64,000 nucleotides of DNA from Entomortierella parvispora E1425 (taxonomy: Eukaryota > Fungi > Mortierellomycota), in NCBI GenBank assembly GCA_020891255.1, contig BQFW01000009.1:992001-1056000 (forward strand), written 5' to 3'. The notes under the pieces are model-generated. The model was not told the origin of the DNA. It ran no database searches and saw nothing but the letters and a program-made list of their open reading frames with translations. Made by a program: the position numbers and the translations under genes. This document shows positions 63,229 to 64,000 of the stretch, one piece after another; position 1 is the first letter of the stretch, and every line of letters begins with the position of its first letter.

Positions 63229-64000
63229 TCAAACATAATCCCATTGCGTACAATCATCACAGACATCCTGAACGGTACATTTGGGTACTATTTCTCTGCC
63301 TTCAGTCATATTCGGCCAGTTCTCGACCACGTTGATAAAGGTCAAGATAGTATGAGCCTGAATGCTTTGACGCCAGCCAAGTTCGGCCATTGTATCATAA
63401 TTGCAGAACTTTCCAATATGACATTTGGTTTCGAGGGCATATCCTGCAGAGTAACAGCTCGAAGAAGCGCCATTGCAAGTTCCCATGTAGACGGGGTCAG
63501 CTAAAAAAGAGGGGACAGGTAATGTCAGAGACTGTAAAGAAAAATTAGAGGTCCTTGCTCTGACAAAATCTTACCACTATGTCCAAACTGCCAGACCGCC
63601 AGCTTTTTGTGATCAGCGATGGACATGTCGGCCTTCACCAGTCCAATGCGCTGAGCATATCGTTTATCACCAGGCGACTGGAAGGTAAATACCGGATATC
63701 CACGGGTAACACCGATCATCGAAGCTACACTTCCTCCAAGGGAATGTCCCGTAAGCCAAATTGTAGCGTCTGGGTACAATCTCTTGGCGGCATCTACCAC
63801 TTTCTAATAGCAGCCCAAAAGGAAAAAAATGATTGCATTAGATTTGGCGTCAGATCCCAAACACAATAATGGGTGAAAAGTAAGTTGATGGAGGACGCCT
63901 TACCAGTCCTATGCCAACATAGCTCTCTTCCTCATCTCTGTCCTTGATGAGATCGTCGACCAGACACTGTTGGTTGCACTGGTTTCCGCCCATGTAACAG
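63229..64000 (-). CDS. Class 3 lipase, Atg15-like (3' part; 5' end outside the window)
   Basis: IWLTGHSLGG nucleophile elbow, TFQSPGD, ADPVYMGTCNG..C..AGYALETKCH, and C-terminal C-x-x-C-x-x-W. Confidence 0.85.

Overview
Eukaryotic, intron-containing fungal genomic DNA. The many 'L-x-LPEI' F-box/LRR genes and short GT-AG introns suggest Mortierellaceae/Mucoromycota (inference). No prokaryotic features or CRISPR. Housekeeping genes: PAB1, HBS1, BDP1, TYW1, an Mba1/Tim44-like protein, a partial ATG15-like lipase and tRNA-Trp(CCA). Transcription factors: Crz1-like C2H2, Gti1/Pac2, and a GCN4/CpcA bZIP with two uORFs. Also present: an AA11-like LPMO, a PLP decarboxylase, two tandem FAD monooxygenases beside a PDR-type ABC transporter, and at least six F-box/LRR genes or fragments. 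The most striking structure is an apparently complete 2,941-bp PIF/Harbinger transposon (41-bp TIRs, CTG target duplication, transposase plus Myb/SANT-like ORF) inserted into an F-box gene. Removing it restores the host frame exactly. Leaving it creates one stop-free 626-codon ORF fusing the host F-box to the transposon's DNA-binding protein. Exon boundaries were inferred by eye; no database searches were run.
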